This document shows positions 24,515-35,854 of a DNA stretch of 64,000 nucleotides, one piece after another. The stretch comes from Macrostomum lignano (lineage: Eukaryota), in NCBI GenBank assembly GCA_002269645.1, contig NIVC01000981.1:186001-250000 (forward strand), in the 5' to 3' direction. Each line of letters begins with the position of its first letter. Position 1 is the first letter of the stretch. A model generated the notes under the pieces. The model had not been told where the DNA came from. It did not search any database and was given only the letters and a program-made list of their open reading frames with translations. The position numbers and the translations under genes are program-made.

Positions 24515-25185
24515 TTGATTTATCCCCAGGGGGGAAACTGTCCCCAACCTGATTTATCCCCAGGGGGAAATTGCCCCCCACCTGATTTATCCCCAGGGGG
24601 AAATTGCCCCCCACCTGATTTATCCCCAGGGGGGAAACTGTCCCCAACCTGATTTATCCCCAGGGGGGAAACTGTCCCCAACCTGATTTATCCCCAGGGG
24701 GGGAACTGTCCCCAACCTGATTTATCCCCAGGGGGGGAAACTGTCCCCAACCTGATTTATCCCCAGGGGGAAATTGCCCCCAACCTGATTTATCCCCAGG
24801 GGGGAAACTGTCCCCAACCTGATTCATCCCCAGAGGGAAAATATCCGCTACCTGATTTAAACCCAGGGTAATATATCCTCCACCTGATTTATCGCCAGAG
24901 GGAAAATATCCCCTATTAAATTTATCCTCCTTAGGGAAATTGTCCAGTACCTTATTTATCCCAGAGGGAAATTTTCCTCTACCTGATTTATCCCCAGGGG
25001 GGGGATTGTCCCCTACCTAATTTATCCCAGAGGTAAAATATCCGCTACCTGATTTAAACCCAGGGGTAATATATCCTTCACCTGATTTATCACCAGAGGG
25101 AAAATATCCCCTGTTAAATTTATCCCAGTGGGAAAATATCCCCTATCTATTTTATCCTCAGTGGGAAATTATCCCTCACTGTTCC
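24515..25185. repeat. Intronic minisatellite, about 33 bp unit CCTGATTTATCCCCAGGGGGAAACTGTCCCCAA
   Basis: Tandem copies decaying toward the acceptor. Confidence 0.9.
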
Positions 25186-25194
25186 ATTACCCAG

Positions 25195-25393
25195 GCTGTT
25201 CAGCTCGCAGATGTTCTCCGAATTCGTCTGTCGCTACCTGACGAGTCCCCAGGATGAGCAATACCTGATGTTCAATCGGGCAGCCGATGAAGCGCTGATT
25301 CGGCGCAAGAAGCTGCTGCCGAATTATCGGGCACTCAAGAAGTCTCTGCTGACTGCCACGGGAGAGGGGGCAAAGAGAGCGGCGACGGGGACA
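25195..25393 (+). CDS. DENN-domain protein, exon 3 (dDENN end)
   Basis: FLRRLFSSQMFSEFV matches the dDENN FxxTQMF motif; phase 2 to 0, gtgagc donor. Confidence 0.85.
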
Positions 25394-25502
25394 GTGAGCA
25401 GCTCTGCTTTTTGGGATTGGGGATTATTTTATCTGAGTTTGGGAGAATTTTAAGTTTGACGGGATTCTGCGATCTGAGTGTGGAAGAACACTTGGATCAG
25501 AT

Positions 25503-26445
25503 TATGGGGGATTCTGGGATCTGAGTATGGGGATTCTGGGATCTGAGTATGGGGATTCTGGGGTCTGAGTATGGGGACTCTGGGATCTGAGTATGGGGAT
25601 TCTGGGATCTGAGTATGGGGATTCTGGGGTCTGAGTATGGGGACTCTGGGATCTGAGTATGGGGATTCTGGGATCTGAATATGGAGGGATTCTGGGGTCT
25701 GAGTATGGGGAAATTCTGTGATCTGAGTATGGGGATTCTGGGATCTGAATATGGAGGGATTCTGGGGTCTGAGTATGGGGAAATTCTGTGATCTGAGTAT
25801 GAGGATTCTGGGATCTGAGTATGGAGGGATTCTGGGATCTGAGTATGGGGACTCTGTGATCTGAGTATGGGGAAATTCTGTGATCTGAGTATGAGGAAAT
25901 TCTGTGATCTGAGTATGGGGACTCTAGGATCCGAGTATGGGGAAATTCTGTGATCTGAGTATGGGGAAATTCTGTGATCTGAGTATGGGGACTCTGTGAT
26001 CTGAGTATGGGGAAATTCTGTGATCTGAGTATGAGGAAATTCTGTGATCTGAGTATGGGGAAATTCTGTGATATGAGTATGAGGAAATTCTGTGATCTGA
26101 GTATGGGGACTCTAGGATCCGAGTATGGGGAAATTCTGTGATCTGAGTATGGGGAAATTCTGTGATCTGAGTATGGTGACTCTGGGATCTAAGTATGGGG
26201 GATTCTGGGATCTAAGTATGGGGATTCTGGGATCTTAATATGGATGGATTCTGGGGTCTGAGTATGGGGATTCTGGGATCTGAATATGGAGGGATTCTGG
26301 GGTCTGAGTATGGGGAAATTCTGTGATCTGAGTATGGGGAAATTCTGTGATCTGAGTATGGGGATTCTGGGATCTGAGTATGGGGATTCTGGGATCTGAG
26401 TATGGGGACTCTGGGATCTGAGTATGGGGACTCTGGGATTCTAGG
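25503..26445. repeat. Intronic minisatellite, 22-24 bp unit GGGGATTCTGGGATCTGAGTAT
   Basis: Directly visible in the sequence. Confidence 0.95.
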
Positions 26446-26535
26446 ATCTGTGTTTGTGGGATTTAAGGATGTTTGTGATCTAAAGTTATTTCTTTTCTAA
26501 AATTCAAACAACCTTTACAAAACAATCTCCAACAG

Positions 26536-26775
26536 ACTGTGGCGATGCGCTCGTTTGCTCGCCATCTACCTAGCAACCACTCCGGCCCTCGAGCCACAAC
26601 CCTATATCCCGGCGAAAGCAGCAACCTGCGACAGCAGCAGCAGCAGGCGCCCGTATCTAAAACATCAACTTCCACTGATGATCTTGTTGACGGCGGGGGG
26701 ACCAGTTCTCCGCCTGTGATGACCCGGCCTAGGCCTGTCACAATGTCCGGTCTGCGCAATGCCGCAATCATTCAG
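26536..26775 (+). CDS. DENN-domain protein, exon 4 (low-complexity tail)
   Basis: caacag acceptor and gtaagc donor, 240 nt, phase 0 to 0, open frame. Confidence 0.75.
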
Positions 26776-26827
26776 GTAAGCTTTTATTGCGAGTACGAGT
26801 TACACGATGAACTATTTTAAGTTAGCG

Positions 26828-27542
26828 ATGGCGGCGCCAAAATCAAATAAGTTGGCGGCGCCAAAATCAAAGTTAGAGATGGTGGTGGCGCCAAAAATCA
26901 AATTGGCAGATAGCGGCGCCAAAATCAAATAAGTTGGCGGCGCCAAAATCAAAGTTAGAGATAGTGGCGCCAAAAATCAAATTGGCAGACGGCGGCGCCA
27001 AAATCAAATAAGTTGGCGGCGCCAAAATCAAAGTTAGAGATAGTGGCGCCAAAAATCAAATTGGCAGATGGCGGCGCCAAAGTCAAATAAGTTGGCGGCG
27101 CCAAAATCAAAGTTAGAGATAGTGGCGCCAAAAATCAAATTGGCAGATGGCGGCGCCAAAATCAAATAAGTTGGCGGCGCCAAAATCAAATAAGTTGGCG
27201 GCGCCAAAATCAAAGTTAGAGATGGTGGCGCCAAAAATCAAATTGGCAGATGGCGGCGCCAAAATCAAAGTTAGAGATGGCGGCGCTAAAATCAAAGTTG
27301 GAGATGGTGGCGGCGGCGCCAAAAATCAAATTGGCAGATGGCGGCGCCAAAATCAAATAAGTTGGCGGCGCCGAAATCTAAGTTAGAGATGGCGGCGCCA
27401 AAATCAAATAAGTTATCGGCGCCAAAATCAAAGTTAGAGATGGCGGCGCCAAAATCAAAGTTGGAGGTGGCGGCGCCAAAATCAAAGTTAAGAGATGGCA
27501 GCGCCAAAATCAAGGTTAAGATATGGCGGCGCCAAAATCAAG
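26828..27542. repeat. Intronic minisatellite, 24-30 bp units with GGCGCC core
   Basis: GGCGGCGCCAAAATCAAA followed by alternating tails. Confidence 0.93.
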
Positions 27543-27623
27543 GTTTGTGATTAATGTGCCAGACGCAAATGTCCCGGCTCTGCCAGAACTCAGATCTCCT
27601 AAAATCTCGACATCGCTTTCCAG

Positions 27624-28148
27624 AGCCCCACTGACAAGTCTAGCGTCGACTCCACTAAGATCTTCAACACCATCGGCAATCTGCAACGACAGCCGCCGAA
27701 ACGGCCGCCGCCGCCGCGACCTCCTCCGCCAAAGCCGTCGTCGATTGCCGCCGCAAGAGGATCGACGCCGCCGCTAGAGGCAGCTGAAGATGTCGAACAA
27801 CAAGACGACAGCAGCAGCGTTGACGACGACGGCGATGACGTGTCGACAGATTCGTCGCACGAATTGCGCGTCAGTTTGCACCTGGTTCCGACTTCGACGG
27901 CGCCAAAATTACCGTCGGCGGCTTCCTTTGATGTCGAAGATAATTATAGCGTCAAGGGCCGGCTGGCTTCCATGGCGTTTAAACGCAGTAACAGTTTGGC
28001 CACCAATCGCCTGATGCTGACTAACGGGCCGCCGCCTTTGCCGCCGTTGAGCTCGCTGCCCGATGAGGCGCCCAGCAGCCCGGCCCCGGTGGTGCTAGCG
28101 TCCAGCGGCAGTCAAAACTGCTGGGAGACGCAATTCTCTAAGTCCTAA
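27624..28148 (+). CDS. DENN-domain protein, last exon (proline-rich and acidic tail)
   Basis: ctttccag acceptor in phase 0; SPTDK...QPPKRPPPPRPPPPKP...DDDGDD...QFSKS*. Joined model is about 709 aa. Confidence 0.72.
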   Translation, partial: SPTDKSSVDSTKIFNTIGNLQRQPPKRPPPPRPPPPKPSSIAAARGSTPPLEAAEDVEQQDDSSSVDDDGDDVSTDSSHELRVSLHLVPTSTAPKLPSAASFDVEDNYSVKGRLASMAFKRSNSLATNRLMLTNGPPPLPPLSSLPDEAPSSPAPVVLASSGSQNCWETQFSKS

Positions 28149-30570
28149 AAATTCAAAGTTTTAATAATTCCTAACTAAAATTCATGTATTTTCTTTTGGT
28201 GCCTACTTTGTAGTAGTATAAATAGTACCAAATGTGCCAGAAAAAGTTAAGTATAGTGTGTACTTTTGTTAAATGAACCCAGTTCCACGACTTTGAAATT
28301 TGTCTTTTGAGATTATCGATTGATTTTTTATTAGAAATTTGATCAAATTTGCATCCTGCGCTGTAATCGTGTGATGATCAATTTGTTTTACTAAGTGAGG
28401 CAGACTTCCGTTGCCTTTTATTGCCTTTTAAGATTTTTAAAAAGAAAAGAGTAACTGAATTTTATTTGCTTATTAATGGTTGTTGATGTTAAATGATTAA
28501 TAAGATCTGCCAGCAGAATATTTTTAACCTGTTTGTAAAAAAATTATTTTGCTCCCAAAAGCTACAAGTTTATTCATGCTATACAATTGTGCTACTTCTG
28601 TTGAGAGCATTTTGTACTTTAGTTTGTTCTTTTAATGTGCCCAATGTTGTTGCTTTCCGGTCTCGCTTTTGCCAGTGAATTCATCGAATTAAATTTATTA
28701 ATAACACGCATGTGATTTTAAAAAACGTAAATTTATCATCAGCTTTCTTGCAATTAACATTCAAGATATTTCTGTCTGATCACCTCCATCATTGAATTAC
28801 ATAGCCCCCATAATTTATTCATTCAGCTTTTTAACTATTTAATTTTATTGTGTCAAAGTCACACCGATATGTGATCTTTCATTTTAGATTTTTTAGTTAA
28901 TAGCTTTTTATTTCATGGTGTATTTTTCGGGTTTAAGACACTAAAAGTACATAAAAGCACGGGTTTAATACTATCGTGTTTGCAGTTTTAAATCTTGATC
29001 TTAATTATTTCTACTCCTATCTAGTTTGTTTATTATTTGACTGTTAATATAGTGACATTAACATAAAATTCACGCATCACTTAATTCCAGTTGTATTAAA
29101 TTTTTATTGTGTACTGACATTTTGTAAATAATGTGTAAATATATTAAATTGTGTAATTCTACATGTGAATATTCTGGCTTTCAATACAATCCAATTTTAA
29201 ATATATTGAAATTGCAATTTGCAAAGCAATTTCATATTTTATGATGCTATATATTTGCTATTAATTGATTTTTACATAATTGACGACTTTTGCTTTTTGT
29301 TTAGAAAATATTTGCATTGTACCACTTTAGGTAACCAAGTAAGATTATAACAGACTTAGAAGCAATAACGACGCTTTCATACAGTGACTGGACTGTACAG
29401 TAGGGCCCCGTGGTTCTTATATTAGCTCAGTCTCAGGGACGATTATTGTGCAGATTAGTTTGTATTGACCACCTTTTCGCAATGTTAGCATGTATACCAT
29501 TTTGAGTCTTAAACATCATTATATCTCCTTATATGGCAATCAGCGCAGCACTTTCATAAATCTTCATTAGATTCATAACTTCAGTCTTGTGAAAATAATT
29601 AGTGTGATGATGCGATATGAAAATTAAGTAGGGAGTCCCTAGCTTTATTGAATAAGTTTTGTATGTAGGTGCCGCCCCACTAGGGCCTCAAGAGGCGGGC
29701 ATCAGCTGAGATTTAATCGCCCCACCCACCACGCATTTGTTATCAAAAGATAAAGTTGTTTTGTTGGTCGTGGGAAATTCAAGGAATCGTGTTGTATTAT
29801 TACTGGTGCGCCTGTCTGTCTAGCCTTTGCGAAGCCATTATAATTACTAATCAATTAATTAGTCAAATAAAGTTGTTTTTATGAACCAATTCAACGTTTT
29901 GGTTATTTGGTTTGACTTTTGGTTTCGTGTTGAAAGTTTTATGACGCTACGGCCGAGGTTTGCTCCGCCAATTTGACCAATCGGAGCGCGAGCCAAAGTG
30001 TGAGAAAGTTTCAACCAAAACAAACCCCAAGTCGGGACAGCCAAGCCTCCTACCCGCCTCACGTGACCTCAGACTTGTTTTGAATATTGCGCTACTTATC
30101 GGGGCTGGGGGCGGTTGTCTTGAAATTTTATGACTACTAGCAGACTGGGGTCTCTACTTTCAGGAGAGGCAATAAAACCGTGTTTACTAGCGCAAGTGGC
30201 GCCACTTTGTCCCAGCTCTTTTAGATTATGCCGTGCAGTTGCACTAATATTGATAAACCGTTTTGTGTCTTTATTTTAAGCCACCTTTCGTAATTTAATT
30301 GCCTTAGTAGGTTTTAGAGACCCACTACAGGCTAGAGCTGGTACAATGGTCCGACCTACCTGGTACCTAAATGAAACATCTATTATATTCATTCTTTACC
30401 AGTTTTTTATTTTTTTTATTTTTCTGATGCTAAGATTGGATGCTTTGCAGAAAGCAACCAACATTTATGCTCGTTACTTTCAAGGCTCTCGCTTAATTAT
30501 TTGTCCTGGGGGTTCGCTAAAAACTGTTCAGCTTCAATTCACATGCGGCCTGAAATCTAACAGCGAAATC

Positions 30571-30777
30571 ATGGATGGTGACGCTAGTCCTAGTGCTTCA
30601 AATTGCAAAACCTCAACAACAGCGCAGGCTGCGCTTCCGCCAGAAGTGCAGCAGGCTCATAAATGTGCGGTTGACCGCGGCGAAGATACCTACATTGACC
30701 CCGCGACTGGTTATCGAGTATTTACTGAACTTGCCCACAAAAAACGTGGACATTGCTGTGGACACTTGTGTAGACAT
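30571..30777 (+). CDS. C1orf53: C1orf53/DUF5522-like small protein, exon 1
   Basis: YIDPATGYRVFTELAHKKRGHCCGHLCRH family signature; gtaagt donor, phase 0. Confidence 0.82.
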
Positions 30778-30867
30778 GTAAGTACATTATACAATCTTTA
30801 TTAAATTCAACTGTATACCATAATATTTTCGTTTAAAATCCTAAATATTTTGACGCATAAATTTCAG

Positions 30868-30903
30868 TGTCCTTACAACCACGAAGCTGTTAAGAAGAGT
30901 TGA
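30868..30903 (+). CDS. C1orf53: C1orf53/DUF5522-like small protein, exon 2 (CPYNHEAVKKS*)
   Basis: tttcag acceptor after a 90-nt intron completes CCGxxCRHCPY; 80 aa total. Confidence 0.85.
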   Translation, partial: CPYNHEAVKKS

Positions 30904-31879
30904 AGCCTGCCTTCTAAATTGCTGCACTCTTTCCCATAAGCCGCAATTTCTGATGGATCATCAGCATCTGCAGTGCAGTGACTTGCAATTATACAATTGC
31001 AACATCCTATAAGTATTTTTCAGTTTAGATAACTATTTTTTGCGTCTAAACTTTGAATTATACGAGTTACATGATTTTATCTTATCTGTACTGTATATGT
31101 TTTGAGCCATTCTAGATTTTGTTTTATTAGGCTAATCTTCTACTTTCAAAAAGCACTTATATTTTACTTGTTTTAATATGCCCCTATTTAAATGAATGTG
31201 AACTGTCTCAATGCATGGCGATTTTGGTTAAATAGATTTTTAGTTGCTAACGTTGTCATCAACTCTTGCTCTCAGTTCAGTTTTCTCAGTTCATGCATAC
31301 TTGTTAAATTATTTGTATCGTAGTATTATTTAGTTGAAAGATCTTGTATAGTTGCGTGCTTGATGTGAGAAATAATCAATTTCGTATGCGCTTTAACATT
31401 TTGGAATTATATGTAATGATTTCGCGAAATCTGAACAACAAGAACAGTAAAAGTCCGTCCTTCCACCAGCAGAAGTAAATCGCAAAAATAAACTAGACGG
31501 CAAAACACGTTTTCATTTCGGCAAAAGGGAATTCCGTTTTTAAAACTATACAAGAACCTCGTGAAAATGGTATTTCAGGATTTTCAGTTTTCAGAATTTG
31601 TTATTAATTTTTCTTCGCATTAAAAATTCCCTGCAAATGGGTGCATAAACTTGCATAATGGATACAAGCAAATTCATTTCAATGGTAAAAAGCATATTCG
31701 AAATAATTATCCCATTAACATTAAGCACGTATGGTTTAACACTGCCTTTTAAAAACGATTGGGAATATTGGGAATAAGTTAAACGTTGAATCGTTCTTCC
31801 CTAGACCCTTAGGTCAGACCACAAGCCCTCCCCTCCCTGCCCCTCCCTCTGCACCGCAAACACGAACCCCCCGTCTAGC

Positions 31880-31975
31880 CCTCGACCAATCATGAGTAGT
31901 TGAGCGGTTTCAGCCAATAGGATTCCGCCTGGCGTCCTAACTGGTTCCAGCCATTAGTTTATCTCCTTATATACT
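31880..31975 (+). promoter_or_regulatory. Putative Pol II promoter of the KH gene (two CCAAT boxes and TATA)
   Basis: GACCAATC at 31886, AGCCAATAG at 31914, TATATA at 31968, about 95 nt upstream of the ATG. Confidence 0.45.
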
Positions 31976-32067
31976 AATAACTTTTTAGAGCGCCAGCCGC
32001 TTGAAAGTAACTCCGTTATTTTCTTTGCTCTGATTTTATTTCTGCTTTTCTACTAAAAACTTTAACA

Positions 32068-33439
32068 ATGTATCATCTACTGAAAGGACCCATTATGCGC
32101 ATCAACGTGTCTAGAGACGACCACAGTCATCTCATTGGGAAAAAGGGTAGCTTCCATAAGAAGCTTCAGGTGGCATCCAAGACCCTGATCAACTTTCCAG
32201 AAGTTGTCAACAAAGGCCGAAAGTTAAAAGGCAATTCGGAAGATGCTTTTATCCAGAGCGACTCTAGTTCATCATCTGCTGATACGCCTGGCATGTCGCG
32301 ATCAGACGAGGTTGTCATCACTCCGGCCGAGCTCGATTTAAAACGCGAGCCATGCCCTCCAGAAGCGGAAGATCGTCTGGCCGAGGTTCTGACCGCGTCG
32401 GTGCAAAACATCCGACGAAACCAGCTAGTCATCATCCGCATGGTATTTCCTAGTCTGCAATCGATTTCGGATGCCATCGCAAACGAGCTTAGTCGAATAG
32501 CTTCCATTGCTTGCTACGAATCAATCTCTATTTCCGTCGAGAAGGAAGCTCCCGCCACTTTTGTGCTCCGCGGCATCATGGAGAGCGGCTCTAAGGTTGT
32601 CTTTGTTGCCAATCTCATTCAGGAGAGCCTAGTTCGCAAGTTCAACCAGCCAATGTCGAAGCTCTACACTGCGGATCGCATTCCCGTCAATCACTGGAAC
32701 CAGGTAGTCCAGACTGTCAACGGAGCGATTCCAAAGAGCTTCCAACTATCCAGCATTGAATCCTCCACGCCAGCCGCCGCTGTGCACGCATTTTTCAAAG
32801 ACATCGGTGTCACTATCGAGCTGAAAGACGACTCCGTTGTGGAAATTTCTAGCCAGGATCCGATGAAGGTTCTAAAGACGAAGATTCTGCTGACCAACTC
32901 GCTGCCAATCAGCATGCTGATCGCTTCCAACACAGTGTCTGAGAATCTGACCGACTCAAACGCTATTCAAATCCTCGAGGATGTCTACAAAGTTCGAATC
33001 AAGTGCAACATCGGCGATGCATTCGGCAGCTCGAATGCGGCATTCAGCGATTCGGCTTATTTCAAACGATTCTTTGTCGGCCAGAAGATTTCTTTGGAGA
33101 CGCACGAATCGAATATTGCTGCACTATTCGATGTAAAATGGCTGCTTTCGCAGAAAAACATGCCACAGCTTTTGTCGCTATGGCAACGAGTTCGGCTTAG
33201 TTGGCCAAAGGCTAATTGTCCAGAGCTGCCATTCTATTTGAATTCGCCGAAGCAGTTCGTCATGGCTAACGCTCGCTCCGGCCCGCGCTCGCCTGAACTC
33301 CGGCAGCCGGCGAATTCCGAGCAGCAGCAGCAGCAGCGGCAGCAGCTGCGTATTCGACCAGCGGCTCTGCTGCTTCGACCCACTAAGCCAGTTCTGCCGT
33401 CGTCTGACCTGCTGAGGAACCTGCAGATATTTGAGTCTG
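32068..33439 (+). CDS. Bicaudal-C-like multi-KH RNA-binding protein, exon 1
   Basis: MRINVSRDDHSHLIGKKG...INFPE resembles BICC1 LKMDVSHTEHSHVIGKGG...IHFPD; LPISMLI and ISLETHESNIAALFDVKWLL resemble LPLVLMF and VIVKSVERNALNMYEARKCLL; gtgagt donor at 33440, phase 1. Confidence 0.78.
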
Positions 33440-33524
33440 GTGAGTTAGCTGCTTTTGCATCTTTGTTCGTAACTTTTTTCTAACCTGTGTACTTTTGGAA
33501 CTCTTTAGCCAACAATAAACATTT

Positions 33525-33730
33525 GAATTGGCGCCGTCCTTTCTTTTTCTTTTCTTTTTTCTTTTATTTTGATTGGCGTTAAATATTTATAATTTTATTT
33601 TTAATATGGCGCCACGCCACATTTTGTTCATGTTTATTTGGCGCCAGTTTTTCTTCGTTTGGATTTGGCGCTAAATTTTCTTAATTTTGACTCGGCGCCA
33701 GATTTTCTTCGTCTGGATTTGGCGCCAACT
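33525..33730. repeat. Degenerate GGCGCC-core repeat in KH intron 1
   Basis: About seven TTGGCGCC-like units spaced about 30 nt; resembles the reverse complement of the 26828-27542 array. Confidence 0.5.
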
Positions 33731-33781
33731 TTTGCTCTATTCGATACGACACCTCATCCCCTCTCTGCACACTCAACGCAG

Positions 33782-34011
33782 AGTCCCATCGGCTCCGAGC
33801 TCAGCCAGTGCTTCATTCGAACTCGAATTCGAGCCAGCCGAATCCATGCCGCCGCCGGCCGCAGGAGGCGCCGCTGTCAGCTCGAAAACTGGCGCCCGAC
33901 ACTGCGGCTTGGCGCTACGGCGGCGAGGCCGACGATGAAGAGGATCTTATGATGGAGATTCGCCTGCGGCATCTTCGGCTGCAGATCGGTGAGCAGCAGA
34001 GTGAGAACTGA
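33782..34011 (+). CDS. KH protein exon 2 (ends at TGA 34011, or at internal donor 33988/33989)
   Basis: aacgcag acceptor in phase 1 gives an open frame to EEDLMMEIRLRHLRLQIGEQQSEN*. Confidence 0.65.
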
Positions 34012-34199
34012 CTGGTCTTAACTAACTTTATCTCTTAATTTAATTAATTTTTATTTCTCCGCGCATTTTGTTTGAATTGAAAGTGCAGGTCGCTCACTTC
34101 CATTTTTATTCTATTCCCAAATCCCAATCAATCGTTTTAACTTTATGATCCTAACAACGTTAAAATCCCATGTGGAGAATAGAAACTTTAATCTACAGA

Positions 34200-34745
34200 T
34201 TAGAATCCGAAATGATTTATCCCCCATCAATAATCCCAAATCCCCAATCAATAAACTCAAATCCCCAATCAATAATCCCAAATCCCCATCAATAATCCCG
34301 AATCCCCAATCAATAATCCCAAATCTCCAATCAACAATCCCCAATCAACAATCCCCAATCCCCAATCCCCAATCAATAATCCCAAATCCCCAATCAATAA
34401 TCCCAAATCCCCATCAATAATCCCGAATCCCCAATCAATAATCCCAAATCCCCAATCAACAATCCCCAATCCCCAATCAATAATCCCAAATCCCCAATCA
34501 ATAATCCCAAATCCCCATCAATAATCCCGAATCCCCAATCAATAATCCCAAATCCCCAATCAACAATCCCCAATCCCCAATCAATAATCCCAAATCCCCA
34601 ATCAATAATCCCTAATCCCCAATCAACAATCCCAAATTCCCACCCATCAATAATTCCAAAACCCAATCAATAATTCCAAATCCCAAATCCCCAATCAAAA
34701 ATCCGAAATCCCAATCAATAATCCTAATTCCTCAATAAATTATCT
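34200..34745. repeat. Minisatellite, about 21 bp unit CCCCAATCAATAATCCCAAAT
   Basis: Directly visible in the sequence. Confidence 0.93.
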
Positions 34746-35854
34746 CAAATCCTCAAAACCCCATTGTTTTCATTTTCACGTCTTCACCTCTGCAGTAATT
34801 CAATATGTGGCTTTATAATACTGTAATTTGGCTTTATTTTCATACTGTTAATTTTATTGTCTATTTATTAATTATTTTATCATCGTTTTCCGTCAGCTAT
34901 TCGGGACTGATTTGATCATGCTTACGACTTACTACTATAAGTATATGAGGAAATATGTTTAAATTCTCGAATTCGCATTGAAAACCATATAAAGCGCTAG
35001 AATTTAACGAAGTTCGAAATGCTTTCTTTTATTGGTTAATTATTAATATTGCTCGAAAAGCCATTAGAATGAAACTGCATTGCAATGTGTTTTTTATTTT
35101 TGTTTTATTGTTTTTATTGCGGCAATTATGTACTTTTAATTGTGTTTTTTGTAAATAAAACTGTTCAATTGCTGCCAGTGCTTTTCTCGGCCAATTTGTT
35201 GTTATTTTCTAAAAAAGTACGATATACTTACTGTTTATCCTATTGTCAGTAGAATTCTTTGATTATTTGTCGTAAAATTTTAAAGATAAAGTGAGAAAAA
35301 TCGTCTGTTTAACGAAGCTACGTGGAACGATGTGGTAAAGGAAAAGCAGTTTAATTTCTGAATATAATTACTATTTTAATTATTACTGCAGTGCAGCAAT
35401 TGTCTAGTTGAAGTACTCGAATTCTACACAACGCAGCAATTAAAGCAGCTATGCATCATGCATAATGAGACAAAATTCGCTGTGCATAAAAATGTACATT
35501 TAGTTGCTGTCTTGAGTCCCTTGACCACAATACGCTATCAATTTGTGAGTACACGTACACCGCAAAGTGGCCAAAAAAGGTTTGCAATTGTGTGCACCAA
35601 CCCGCTCTCTCTGAGCTCTATTCGAAGGCCACACATTCTTAGCAACGCAGCTCTTCCTACTTGTGGCCTGTATCTAAGAGCAGGTTTTAAGCTTATCTAA
35701 CTGTGTCTTCTCAAGAGAATCGAGTGTGTAGAAGTAGACTTTGCTGCCGAGAAGTGTAAGTTATTGGCTGTCAATTGTGCTTTAAGATATGGATTAGTGG
35801 CAGCTTTTGCCACCGTTTTTTGAGCTTTTTTGTGTTAGACAATTGTAGCCTGAA

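Noticed and set aside
30346-30570. N-terminal extension of the C1orf53-like ORF
   Set aside because: AT-rich and T-run-rich with no family similarity; an acceptor-like AG precedes ATG 30571.
33808-34011. SAM domain of BicC
   Set aside because: EEDLMMEIRLRHLRLQI only faintly echoes a SAM C-terminal helix; the preceding SAM helices are absent.
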